NCBI GenBank assembly: GCA_028023455.1
Contig: JAQFVV010000001.1
Span: 23,622,001-23,686,000, forward strand
DNA: 64,000 bases
Source: Epiperipatus broadwayi
Taxonomy: Eukaryota; Animalia; Onychophora
Reading direction: 5' to 3'
A program made the translations under genes and the position numbers. The number at the start of each line of letters is the position of its first letter. Within the stretch, counting starts at the first letter, position 1. The notes below the pieces were generated by a model. That model made no database searches, had not been told where the DNA came from, and saw nothing but the letters and a program-made list of their open reading frames with translations. Below are positions 12,851 to 31,523 of this stretch, piece by piece.

Positions 12851-14899
12851 AACCCACTTCAATCAATACCACAAAGATTATCTCTTAATGCTTTTTATTT
12901 ATTACATACACAAATACACTCCTTAATAACACAAAAAACATCTTTCAGGCATCTACATACTCCACATTGGGTCATAACCTGCATAATATATATCAATAAT
13001 TGCATAATATATATCAATATTACCGGTTTTTTAATAACAAAAAATGGGAAAATACAGTACTATAAACCTAAATTTAACCTAAGTTAACCATGTGCATGAA
13101 CATATACATGAACAAAAATATAAAAATATTTTAGGAAAAATCAGTATCATATTTAGGATTTTCATTCCACTTAAGAAGTATAGTTATGTAAATACAGATA
13201 GTAGATAAACTGATGTTTGCAACATAACACGTCATCTCTTTCAAAAGCATATCTTTCTCTATATTCTAAATTAGCTGTAATAATCACACTTGTAATAACA
13301 AAGATTGCATACTACTTACCAATTATAATCTTTGCAAAATCAATCATATCAAGTGTTTATTTGCTATGTAGAAAGTCCTTGTGGAGAGAAAACTCAGATA
13401 TTCAAAATATCTTAGGATTACGTTCAATTTATATATATAGGACATAGAAAACAATCACATATTATCCACATCAAGATTATATCTATATTTTAAAACCACT
13501 ACCCAAAATAATACCAATCTCCACACACAAAATACAATCTTAGCACCAATTCATTTAATAATTAACAAATAATTTTCCCAAAGACAAATGATACTATTGG
13601 GAAATGCTTACATTCCTATATTCCAAGTAAATGAAGATGTAGATTTTTCCAATAATCAGAATTAATAACAAACAACTATAATGTAGATTTAAGTATTGGA
13701 TTTTTAAGCCAAAATATTGACCTTTTGCTTGAAATAATCATGTGGTAATTGTTTACTCAATGTTTTCTTGGGTATAAGAAATACCTGGTCAACATAGTCA
13801 CTATATATAATTATGTCATAAAAAGAAGAAAAACAAAAACTCATTTTGTTTAAACATGGTAGAATACATCACAAAATGTATTGAAAAAACAATACTTCAG
13901 TTCATCCAATCACTGAATCTATTACAAAGGCTTAAGAAATATGATATTTATACTCTATGCTTTATGATGCATACTATGCTTAAATTGGAAGCAATAAAAT
14001 AGTTAAAAAAATTTACTGATGGTACTTGTAGCTACATAGTCCCACATAAATCAGTGCTTCAAGCCAAAGCCAAATGTACTAATTATATTTCACACTTTAA
14101 TGTAAATATACATGGAATATGGAAATAACAATGCAATGTATTATGTGTTTTTTATATAATAAACTTGTAATTTTTTGTAAATGCTGAATTTGTCAAGTGT
14201 ACCAATGAACTTACTTCTTATTAATCTAATATTCCCTGAATTGTCAATAAACTTCTTTTTGAAAATTAATTTCAATAACAATAACAACAATTAATTTCAA
14301 TTTATTCTATTTAGTAAACACAAAGTATATTAAAATACATATTAAACAAGAAAAAAAACAAACAAAAAATATAACAGTCACAAGTAGCAAAAGGAATATA
14401 ATATATTTTTAAAAAATGGCAGAAAAATATTTTTATTTATTTATTAATTGCACAATATTTGAAAAATAAAATAACTCCAAAGGAGAAACTTGGATGAGAA
14501 GTTATTCATAATAGCAATTTTAAAATTAATTACAAAAAAAGAATATACATACATTATTTATGCAAAACAATACAGTGAACACATTTACAATGATTAATGA
14601 AAAAAAAACCCACAATAAAACAATAATATTAAATAAAAATATTTACATGCAATATGATTAAAAAAAATTGCAAACATTTTTTAAATGCAGGAAATAGCTA
14701 TCAAATTTCAAAATTAACTACAAAATTAATAAATAAAACAGAAAAGTATACATTAATTATGTGCAAAACAGGCAGTGAATAGATTTACAAAGATTAATGA
14801 AGTAACAAATGAAAATAGTTATATGCAATACGATAACCAAAGTTGCAAATCTTTTTAAATATAGAAAATGTTATATGAGCAACATGTAGTAAATAAACG

Positions 14900-15700
14900 G
14901 CCACAAAAGAGACAATCAGACACCACTGTAATTAAACTGACTATCCATATTAAAGTCTGGTAATGCCAACTGAATGTTTTTGAAGATTAACAATGAACGC
15001 TTTAAGATATAAAACTCAGCAAAGATGAAATATATTGATAATCATTTTATATTTATGAAGCCTAACAGACAATATACAAAAATTATTGTAAATATAAAAA
15101 TCTGTTTACTAAAAATAATATGCACAGTATAATTTTAATGAAGCTAGTCTGTAAACAGTACAACTATCCCAAATAAAGATAAAACAATATATTTTGATAA
15201 CAAGCAACATAAATAAACAAAAAAGATCTAGGCAAAAATTTCACTAAGTAATAAAACAATCTGGCATAAATGATAGCATAGATAAGCAATATGACTTGAC
15301 CAATATAATCTAAGATCAATAAAAACACCCAAATAATATTTATTGATAAATTATATTACCACAAGTACATAGACTATTGTAATAAATGTTACATTTATTA
15401 CAAATAGAGAGATTAAGTGAATATGAAGAGCATTTATAGAAAAAAAGTATTTGTTTTATTATGATTGTCTGTTAAACAGCTTAGCATAAGATAGTTACTG
15501 ATTAAAATTAAATCCTTATTAATAACCTATGCAAGAAGATCAACAATATAAAATAGCAATATCATTAAACAAATAACTATAAATAAAAAATAAATAATAT
15601 AGGACTAAACACAGATCCCTTGCGAAACTCCACAATTAGCCAACTTAAAATCACTAACAATACCACAGATTTTGGCTGTTATTGACTGTCTTTTAGATCA
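14900..15700 (-). pseudogene. Degenerate CR1/L2-like RT fragment
   Basis: Minus strand at about 15590-15640 reads GVSQG(frameshift)SVFSPILFIF, a decayed GVPQGSVLGPLLF motif. Confidence 0.5.
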
Positions 15701-16356
15701 GTATTTTCCAAATTATGTTCCATGGAATGTAAAGTATATATTGAAAAATTATGAAAATATAAGTCTCATATGATTTTTAATGTTGCACCAAGTTGAAATA
15801 TGTATGGCATGTTGAAACATGTTGGAAGTATGAACTACATTTACCCAATGCATAACCAAAGTTGTTAATAATATGTTAGAATAAATGAATGTCAGCTATG
15901 CCAGCTGAACATATTATTCATGACAATAATTGTTTACTAAACACATCATTGCATTATTTTGCTTAAATACGTACATTTATTAGCATTTTCGATTTTTTTA
16001 TTATAATTAGATGTAAATTGATTCATGTAAACTTTGTGACTGAACATTTTTTATTATTGTTATAATTTTTGTTTTATAATAATTATAAAGAAACTGTCAT
16101 TAAATGATTTCTGGACAAATTTTACAGAAGAAAACCCCAATATGTCACAACTAGCTATTCATATTTTACTTTCTTTTACAATGAAAAATGTATGTAAGGC
16201 AGAATTTTTATTTTATGCTGCAACCAAATTAAAATGTATAAATATATCTGAAACTATATTAGATATGAAAATTCAGTTTTTTAATACTGTGCCTGATATC
16301 AAAAGAATTGGTAATTTAAAGATACCAAAACATAGAAGTTATTAAGAATGTAATTG

Positions 16357-16416
16357 AAATAGTAAAATAAATTAGCATATATGTAATAACATATATGCTA
16401 ATTTATTTTACTATTT
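16357..16416. repeat. Perfect 28-bp inverted repeat with a 4-nt loop
   Basis: aaatagtaaaataaattagcatatatgt-aata-acatatatgctaatttattttactattt. Confidence 0.95.
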
Positions 16417-16834
16417 TCATGTGTTTGTTTTATGTAATTAAAATTTTGAGAATAAATGTTTATTTTCTTAACTCTTATATTTACTTGCTTAATTTACTTA
16501 TTATTAATACCTACCTACCCTATAAAAGAATCAAGGTGTTGCATTAAAATGTCAGGATTTGGGAAGTGTTCTGTCATATGAAAAGTATGGGAAATGCCTG
16601 TTTTAGATAAATTTTTAATCATAAAGCAAAATTACCTCAAAGACATTACAAATATAAATGATATAGAATTGTATTATAAACATAGACAAATGCTTTAGAT
16701 ACATCAAAATACATAGCCATAGTTTTAAGACCATTATGAAGACACTAACCCGTGTATGTGAATATGATTAGAAATTACTCTTTTCAATAACAAAATCAAA
16801 CTGGTGTATAAAATCATTTTATGCATATTCAAGA

Positions 16835-20850
<4,016 letters not shown>

Positions 20851-23746
20851 CATGGATTATCTTTTAAAAATACTGTTACAGAAAAAGATAATTTGGCTAT
20901 TGAAAATTTTAAGATTTTTCATATAAATATTCGTAGTGTGAGGAAACACTTTGATGAGTTGTTAATTCTTTTACATTCACTTGATTATTCATTTGATATT
21001 ATAATTTTGTCTGAGATCTGGATTAAGGAATGTGAAAAAGGACTGTATGAGTTAGAGGGGATATACATCAATTATTAATTGTAGAATTAATAATAGGTCA
21101 GGTGGAGTTTTAGTTTATTATAAATCAGTGCTTTGTGTGACTTCTATTGATGCAGTGTTTGATTCTTCTGAATGTCTTGTTTTAAATTTCATTTTAGGTT
21201 CAGACAAATTAACACTTATTGCTCTGTATAGGTCTTGCAGTCATACAGTTGAAAGCTTTAGTGACGAACTTGGTGATTTGCTTACTAAATTAAATGATAA
21301 ATTCATTATTTTTGTTGGTGACTTGAACATTGATATTTCTGGTGAAATTTCTGTTGCTGCTCAACATTATTTAAATATGCTGTCACTTTTTGGATTTATT
21401 CAATGTTTATTTCATCCTACACGTGTTACATCTTCATCATCTTCACTTATTGATCACGTCTTTGCTAGATGTCCTGAAAATATTCTTTTGAAAACATCTT
21501 TTTTGGATTGGTGTCTTACAGATCACAGAGGAATTGTTGTTACTTTTAAAAAGAATTTTTCTCATAGTAAAAAGTGTTTTAAACTTTTATCTCATGATCG
21601 TTTGAAATCCTTAATTACTAAATATGATTGGAATTTAATCTTTGAGTTGAATGATGTAAATTGTGCATTTTCATTCTTTGTTGACAAGATGAAGGAGTTT
21701 ATAGATTATTGTTCTTTTATAAAATATATAAAGAAGAAAGATCTGAAGAGACATGATTGGATTACAAATGAGTTAATATCAAAAGTTAACAGTAAGAATA
21801 AATTGTACAAGCTTTTCAAAAGGTTTCCTGCTAATGAAGATTTAAAAATTCAGCTAAAGGTTCTTGATAAAAAAAAAAAAAAGAAAGATATAGTCAAAGC
21901 TAAATTGATTTTCTATTCTACTCAAATTGATTCTTTAAAATCAACTAAATTAAGCAACTTTTGGACTGTTGTTAAAAAATTTATTTTTAAAGAAGGACTT
22001 TCACAAATTTCTAGACTAAAGATTAATGAAATATCTATTGATGTTTTAAATAATTCAAAACTAATAGCTGATCATTTCAATCAATATTTTGTACACAGTG
22101 TGGAATTGTTAATGAATAGTTTTGACAATAATTGCAGTTCTCATGTTTTTCAATATAAGAAATCTATCCTGAATTCTTTTGTTTTTAAAGAGATTGAAGA
22201 TTGTGAAATTTTAGATTCTCTTTATAAAATGAGACATAAAAAATGTATTGGTTTGGATTGTATTTCTGTAAAAATATTGATTGAAAATGTTTCCATTCTT
22301 TTACCAATTTTATCTTTTTTATTTAATTCTTCTATTGATTCAGGTATATTTCCAGATTATTTAAAATCTGCTGTTGTTACACCTATTTTTAAGAGTGGAG
22401 ATAGGAAATGTTTGGAAAACTACAGGCCAATTTCTATTTTATCAACATTGTCTCAAATTTTGGAAATGTGTGTAAAAAACAGAATTGTTTTGTTTTTTCA
22501 AAAATATAATTTATTTTCAAACAATCAATTTGGGTTTTTGCCAGGAAGATCTACAGAACTGGCTTTATCTGAACATGTTTCAGTCATCACTGAATCTTTA
22601 GAAAAAGGTTACAAAACTATAGGCATTTATTTAGATTTATGGAAAGCATTTGACTGTGTTCCACATGATATATTAATAATTAAGTTACACCATTGTGGCA
22701 TAAGGAGTGCTATGCTTGAATGGTTTAAATCTTATTTAAGTAATAGAAGCCAATTTGTGAAAATTAATAATTTTTTGAGTGATTCTGAAATAATTAGATA
22801 TGGAGTTCCTCAAGGTTCAGTCCTGGGACCATTGTTATTTACTGTTTATATTAATGATCTGCTTGATCTTTCTCTTCATTCTAACATTTTTTGTTTTGCA
22901 GATGATACTGCTTTGGTTACTTCAGCAGTTTCATATAGTTTGCTTGAGAAACTTGTGAATGAAGATTTATTTAAAATTACACAATGGATGAACAGTAATA
23001 GATTACTGCTAAATATTAATAAATGTAATTACATAAGGTATTCTCTTAAAAATATTCCAGCAAAAGACTTGTTAATTCAATTGCCTTATGTTAATAAAAC
23101 GTCTTGTCAGAAAATTACCAGGACTTCAACAATTTCTTACCTTGGCTTGGTTTTGGATGAGTATTTACATTGGGATAAACATATTCTTTGGCTTCAAGTA
23201 AAGTTAAGAAAACTTAATTTTCTTTTTTATAGATTAAGAGATTGTTTGAATAAATCTGTCCTATTAAGTATATATAAACAAATTTTCTTAAGCAGACTTT
23301 CTTATGGTATAACATTATGGGGTGGCACTGCAGCATATTTTTTGAAGTCATTGCAAACACTACAAAATTTTACATTAAGAATTATTTTGTTTAAACCTTT
23401 GGATTTGCCAAGACTTGAATTATTTAAGTGTGCTGGAGTTTTAACTATTCATCAATTATTTTTAGTGAATATTTTGTGTTATTATATTAAATACAAAAAA
23501 ATGAATAAATATAATTCTTCATCAATAATGGTGACTAGATCAAGTGATTTTGATTTATTATTTGAACCAGTGTACTTTAAAACTCATTGCAGATATCAGA
23601 AATGTTATCTTGGTCCAAGATTTTATAATATTTTTATAAGAAACATTGGATTTAATGTTAATGACTTATCAAGGAAAACTTTGAGAAAATTAATTATGAA
23701 CTGGATTGTAATTGATGATAATCAAAAACTTTTTATTTCTATTTAA
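20851..23746 (+). CDS. LINE ORF2 (APE endonuclease + RT) with one +1 frameshift at the G4 run 21057-21060
   Basis: KIFHINIRS..IIILSEIW (APE N-terminus, frame of ORF 20893) joins GYTSIINCRINNRSGGV (frame of ORF 21128) if one G is removed. The RT carries DLWKAFD where copy 1 has DLRKAFD. Confidence 0.88.
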
Positions 23747-23868
23747 TTATTTTATTGTATATTAATGTTTTTTGTTTTATTGCACATGTATTTTTGTTAA
23801 GCTCCATGCGTGAGTTATTTATCACAAGGAGATTATATGTTTAATAAATTAAATAAATTAAAATTAAA

Positions 23869-24861
<993 letters not shown>

Positions 24862-24942
24862 CAAGCTTTGTCTGGCACTGATTTTAATAACTATTGTAAA
24901 AAAAAATATTGAAGAATCATTTAGTAATCAATATATATAATT

Positions 24943-25355
24943 GAATATTAATTCTTATTAAGTGCAATGTGAGCACATAATACTTAAACAAGGCTAAAAC
25001 CTTAGTACATGTGCTTTGAGTGGTTAATTTATTACAAGAGAGACCTCTACAAATCTAAATGCAAGATTCGACTTTATAAAGATAAGAGCGGACCACTCTT
25101 ATCTTCAACCTATATATATATATATAAGCAAATCTAAAGCATTAAAGCTAATAAATTCTTCACTGATTAATTCCACTATTTCTGTTAAACATTAACAATC
25201 ACGAAATCTTTCGATTTACAATGAATTAATAGTCAGATCTTAAATTTAGAAATATTTTAAATCAATTTAAAGTTGTAAATATTAATTCTTAATAAGTGCA
25301 ATGTCAGCACGTAATACTTAAATAAGGCTAAAACCTTAGTACATGCACCTTGAGT
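24943..25355 (+). repeat. Approximately 335 bp dispersed repeat plus the start of a second tandem unit
   Basis: aatattaattctt..aagtgcaatgt.agcac.taatacttaaa.aaggctaaaaccttagtacatg occurs at 24943 and 25278. About 24980-25270 matches the reverse complement of 50195-50510. Internal hairpin aagataagag-cggacca-ctcttatctt. Confidence 0.75.
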
Positions 25356-26260
25356 GATGTGATGTGATGTACTGTAGTTTCTCCTTAAAAGGAGTCAGGA
25401 ATCTCTCAGCAATTATATCCAGAGAAACCTGTTAGCCACTTTATTTTCCATTCCCCACTCTATGTTTTTCCATATTCTGCTCAATCCCATTGTGATGTGA
25501 TGGACTGTGACTTCTCCTTATATGGAGTCAAGAATCTCTCATCAACTATGCCCAGATAAACCTGTTAACCACTTTACATTCTCTTTCTATTCTCCACCCT
25601 AAGTTTTCCCATAATCTGCTCCATCCCATTTCCACAACATAGTCTTTGTCAACTCCATGACCTTTATATCTAAATCCCTTTTATCTTTTCCCAAACCTAG
25701 CATAAAAACCAATAACTCACTTTTTGTATAATCACTTTGTTCATATTTAATCTTCCATAACTTCATTATTTGTACCCTTTCTGCTTCCAACCATTTACAT
25801 TGAAGTAACAGATGCCTAATATTTTCTATACCTTCCTTTCACAACTTTCAGACTAAATCATCCATATTATTCCATTTACGTGTATATTTCCTTGTTGCTA
25901 AAGATCCCATTCGAGTCTTAAACAATAAACTATTTTCCTTACTATCATCATAAATTAACTCACACCCAATGTTCAGTTTACTTTTATATATATTTAAACT
26001 CATTTTACTCTCCATACTAGTTCTCCATCTCTCCAACTTCCTATTCTTTATTAATGCATCTATTCTTCTATACCACTCCTTACGACTATAACACTCAACA
26101 ATCCTCCTAACACAATCATCCCACCTTTTGTACAAGTATATATTCTTTATCTAAATATTCCGCATACTGCATTACCTTTCTCACCCATCTTGTTGCCTGC
26201 CCTTTACTTGTAACCCAATTAAATACTATTTTGGCTATTCTTTTATTATCCATAAACTGC
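25356..26260 (-). mobile_element. 3' fragment of a LINE (C-terminal Cys/His domain) with a duplicated 3' end and (CATCA)n tails
   Basis: Minus-strand ORFs 25848-26135 and 25599-25790 join into a LINE ORF2 C-terminus (LLFKTRMGSL..ENIRHLLLQC). The 3' end is present twice (25491-25628 and 25356-25490), each copy ending in acatcacatcac. Confidence 0.7.
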
Positions 26261-28169
26261 AATCTAGGGCACATGTACTAAGATTTTAGTATTATTTAAG
26301 TATATAAAATTAAAGTAGAATTATTTCAGTAACTTTCCCTAACATGCAATAACTTTTAATTTCTGTTTACAGATGAATTATAATTTTTTATTTTAGCTTC
26401 CACATATATAACTTTTTTTTTTGTTAGTTTACATTAATATATATCTGTACCACCTTAATTAATGTCAAAACTTTGAAAAATTTATATGAAGAATGATTTA
26501 AATATAAGTTGAAAGATATATATTTTAACTCTCATCATTATCCGCACTCACTCAGATATAAATATGAGGAATCCAAATTCAGAAAAAAGATTAAAGATAA
26601 GTTTTCAACGACTAGTATAAATCACTTCACGAAATTTAATATATATCTTGATATTTTGTAACAATTCTTTTAACTTCTGCAGTAAACCTTTTTTTAAGAT
26701 TTCAATATCTTGCCTAATTGTACTTTTCCATTGTATTTTATTCTTAGTGTCACATTCACTTAATAAAAGCTATCAATAATGTATCTATTTAAAATAGCTT
26801 TTTTTTAAAAAAAATTTTTTTTATTAGGCAAACATTTTTTTTTTTACAAACTTGGAAAAGATGATTTGAAATTCAACTAGGTATTATAAAGTATATCATA
26901 ACAAATAGACAAATACAATGATGTACAAATTACAAAAGGTACATTTTGTAAATACACAGCAAAGGTATACAAAAGTAAAAAAAAAAAGAAGAGGGAGAGA
27001 AAAGAAATTATCTATTTATAATGGAATTAGAAGAGAGATCAGACTCCATGTAACATCAATAATGTCTGGAAGAGCAAATGCACTGTCTCCATTTTTAATT
27101 TTTAAAATTTTATTTTAAAACAATGATGGTAATTTCTTAGATGCAGGGTTGAAGCAAAATGGTATCTTAGGACCAAAAGAGTAAACATAAGAAAAGTAGT
27201 AACCCTAACTGAAGGAAAAAAGGTCCATTTCATGCTATCAATGAGAGTAGAAATAGATGAAGGGCATGATTTAATAATTGACTCATTGACATTTCTATAG
27301 GTAAGAAGAGCAGGATACTGGAACAGAAAATGATATATTGTTTCTTCAGACTTATGACAAAGAACACAAAGGGAGTCAATGTTAGCACATACTATTCTAT
27401 GAGATAAGAAATGACTAGTAGATAGAGCTTATAAATTGATTTTGATAAGCAAATTGAGGTATTTTGATTTTAGATACTAGAATTTTATTTTTGCTTATCT
27501 GTTTATTGATGACAGTAAGGAGAAATGGGAGTGGTTGAGGTTAACTAGCATTATGAGTTCTGTTGTAAGGCTCATGAAAAAAGTATTTTCAAGAAATGTG
27601 TGATGATTAAGAATCACTATAAACAATGAATTTGATTAAGGATTGAAAATAATTAACTTTAATGGATGTAAGATATCAGTAGAGTGACTAGAACAAATTT
27701 CATAACATTAAGGTAAGACACAAATTTAAAACAGTATTAAATGATCTCAAATAAAAAGTAAGGATTGAGTAAAGGGGCCAGTTTCTGGTAAGATTCTAAT
27801 ACTGATTGCAATTATTCTTTATTCCAATTCAGCTTGGAGCAAAATGAATTAATCTTCCTGAAAGCATTAGATTAAATCATTTTGAAAAATCAGGGTGTTA
27901 ATAAGAGATTTTTGCATGAAGAGAAAGATGCACTTTAGACAAAGATTTATATATTTTTAATAGATATGAGAATAGCATTCTGAATATATATTCTCATAGT
28001 ATTTATAGATTTATACATGGAAACCCCAAGAAAATGATGAAGGGGAGTAGTGAAGAGAAAGTAAACACTTTTACCAGAGAATATGCTCCATGTGAATTAC
28101 TTATTAAGGTTAAAATTGGAGTTTATAATGTGCCTTATAAACTTCCAGCACAGAAGTGTATATATATAT

Positions 28170-29789
28170 TGTGACGACCACGTAAAGTCGTCGACACACA
28201 TATATATTTATTAATAACATTAGATAAATTCGCTAACAAGAAGTAATAAAGGTGAAATAAATTAGCTATTAAATTTTAAAAAAAAGGAAAGAAAAGGAAA
28301 AATTGAAATTCTAATGTCAAAATTTACTGTGGATTTGTAATAGTAAGAGAAGGGGAGGGGGGGGTGCATAAAGAAATGCGTCTCTTTCTCTCTTGTAAGT
28401 CAAATGCTAGAAAGTCATTTTGTTTATTGTGGGAGAGGGGAAGGGGATGCATAAAGAAATGCGTTTCTTCTCTCTCATTAAAAACTATATAATAACAAAT
28501 TAAAATAAACTGTAAAACACAAATGTGAAAAAAAAAAAGAATTGTAAACTGTAAATAAAATTAAATGTAATATGTGATATATAAAAAAAAACAATATGGC
28601 CGTAGGTGTGAAAGTCTGTTGGACAAATTAAATTCCACGGACAAAGAAAATGTTAACAACGGAAGATCTTTGCCTGATCTGTTAAATTAATTGGGACTTA
28701 CATTCCAGCCACTAATTAAATAAAGAAACATAATGATAAGAATTGGTTGGAAATCTAAGTCTTAATTAAAAATTTTAAAAAACAATGAACAAAAGAAAGA
28801 GATTAAGAAAATTACAATTTTTATCTGGCTTTGCTAGTAGAGACTTTGAAGAAGCAACAGCTCAAAGAAAATGAAAGAAGTGCGTGGCTAGTGGTGTTAA
28901 AGGGACGTGGGTTCAGATTCAAGCCGTCTCACCACTGACTCACAATGTAAGATCTATGCCTGACCTGCTAGAGAGACCGCCGCTTCTGTGACTGACAACT
29001 TAAAAATCTACCAAAAGAATCGACAAGAAGGAAAAAACTGGAACGAGAAATAACCCCAAAAAAAAACTGAGAAAGAAAATCAAGCCAGCCGACAGTGAAG
29101 GACATCACCATCTCTACAAAAAAAGGGATGATCTCCCACTGGATGGTAAAAAGCTCTCGAAAGAAATACCCATGGAAACAACCACAAGGAAAACCTAGGT
29201 AAAAAGCATGCATGCATTTTAATTTATAATGTTCGTAAATAAATAAACAAGGAACAATTTTGATAAAGTTAGAACTCTACCCAATAGGACTTCAAAATAA
29301 CTTTTATATTTGATCTGTTTTATTATGTTTTATTATAGCCATGTATTATATAAGTGTGTGTATTTTTTATTATTGTTATCATGTATTTTTGATATAAAAG
29401 TGAGTGTTATTAAATATATTCTTAAAATTGCGTATACTTGCTTTATTCTCTTATCACCAAGCTACGACAGGGAGGAAACTGTAATTAGTGATTAAAGGGT
29501 AATGCTGATATTTTAAAGGTATTCATGTGCTGCTTGTTCATGCGAATTTCCCAATTATATAAAAATAAATAGCAAGTGCTGGACATTCGTTAAATTTCTT
29601 TGAAATGGTTTGCTTTGTTCAGCAGCCGAGAGTTCTTGATCGGAAAAAATAACGCCAAGATAATATGTACGTATTGCCTTGGGGTTCGGTCAAGGGTATA
29701 GATATGAAGTTAAATTTGTATCTGTATTAGCTCTCTGCTTGCATTGTAATGGCGTTGGTTAAATAAATAAATAAACAATATCCATTACA
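28170..29789 (+). mobile_element. Long (about 1.6 kb) 5' LTR of a Ty3/Gypsy-type element
   Basis: Starts TGTGA and ends TTACA. It is CpG-rich relative to its flanks, has an internal direct repeat (about 28345-28395 and 28431-28477) and AATAAA signals before the end, and is followed by a PBS. Confidence 0.7.
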
Positions 29790-29791
29790 GT

Positions 29792-29809
29792 TGGAGGCTA
29801 AGCCGGGAT
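29792..29809 (+). promoter_or_regulatory. Primer-binding site, tRNA-Pro-like
   Basis: TGGAGGCTAAGCCGGGAT, 2 nt after the LTR end, matches 14/18 of TGGGGGCTCGTCCGGGAT (complement of the eukaryotic tRNA-Pro 3' end). Confidence 0.65.
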
Positions 29810-31523
29810 ATTTCGGTTAGCAAAACTGATAATAAACAAATAAGAAATAAGAATAAGCAAAAGCTGTAAAAATAAAATGTATAATAAATAAATAAATGAA
29901 AGGAAGAATCAAAGTTGTGAAGAAATAAAGTATAATAAATAAGTCTAAAATATAATTGAAAGTATTAAAGATATAAATCAAACCATCCAAACAACCATTT
30001 CCGAAATAAATAAAATAAAGAAATAAATCAAATCAAGCAACAATCCAAATAACTGTTTCCGTTATAATATATATATATATATATCAAAAAGACAGTTTTT
30101 TTCTCTATTTCCAGAAGCAGTAGATTTATACAAGTAATAAAAAGCCAAATTCTCAAAAGTGAACTTTATGAGGTTTGAATCCTGATATTACTTTGTCATT
30201 AAAAATGGTGAAATTTTCTCTATTTCTTAGATGATTAGCTAAAATGTGAATGGGTATAGGCATGTTATGCTATTGTAATAGTTAAATGAAAGTAACAATA
30301 GGGACAGAATCAAAAGCTGATGAAATTTCTAGTTTTACTACTATGAGACCAGCTGTTCTAGTTGCCCCAACTGGGTTGGTTAATAACAATTTTAAACAGG
30401 GAGATAGCATCAGAGTTGGAAGCATCCTTTTTAGCAAACTGATAGTCTGAGATAGAAGGCAGAATATTATCATTAAGGATGGATTAAATGACTTTGATAA
30501 GTAAAAATGACATATAGATAGGATTGAGATTATTAAGAGGAGAGGGAAAAGTATTTTGTTTGAAAAATGCAACTAAGGAAATTGAATACAGCTTATCAAT
30601 ATGATAAATTTGCATAGAAAGAAAGTCAAGAAAGTTTACAATAATTGGGATGGTGAAAAACTAATATGCAAGAGAATGCATTTAGGAATTGCACAAGGAT
30701 CAGGATGAATGTAATCAGGTAAAGATTTCACCTTAAGCATAATATCAGACTTTTTAATAGCAAGACCTTGGTGACTTTTACCAAAAGGAATTACTAGGAG
30801 CACAGGACATCTGAAATTTAAAGTAGTAAAGAACAGAAGGTAACCTGTTGAGTTCTGTGCAGAAATTTTTATAATAATTGAAGAAGGACAGATTTTTTTT
30901 ACTTTTATGAAAAAAAAACCCAGTTGATGTACTCTTTTAACCAGTTATAAGGTTAAGCCAAAAAGATTTTGGTCTTTAGTAGAAAGATATTTGGCCAAAA
31001 GAGATTGAGTATATACTTTTATTGCTGCTTAGGGGACATAATTGAAGGAACAAAAAACAAGGTCACAAGAAGTGGTTTCAATTTCAAATTAATAGCATCA
31101 AGTTTCTTAACTAAAGCTGTAGTGATTTGTTTTTACTAGTGTAAAGTTTAATAATTGATTAGATGAAATTGATAAGGCAGCACCAAGCTATAGTAGTGTG
31201 TAGAGAAAGAATATCAATCTTCTTTTATAAAATAAATGTAAATTTTAGAGATGGCCACTTCTGGAGATATAGCCTTTGGCAATGTTCTTAATGTATCATA
31301 TATAAAAAACACTTGTGTATAAATATCAATGTCAATTTTCAGAGAGTGCTAAGTAATAAGAAAAAACAATTGGTTCCAAAGATGGGAGTTGAATGTTTTA
31401 AAGTAAAGAAGGAAAAGGCATTACTGGTGAAAAAGCCTTCTCTACTCTGCATTTTACAATTAAACCACTAAACATCACATGATTACTATTTCTTATTCTT
31501 CTTCAAACTGTTAAAAACAAAGG

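Noticed and set aside
28880-28930. A-box/B-box-like tRNA fragment inside the LTR (gtggctagtgg...ggttcagattc)
   Set aside because: Box spacing is too short, the B box is degenerate, and no cloverleaf forms.
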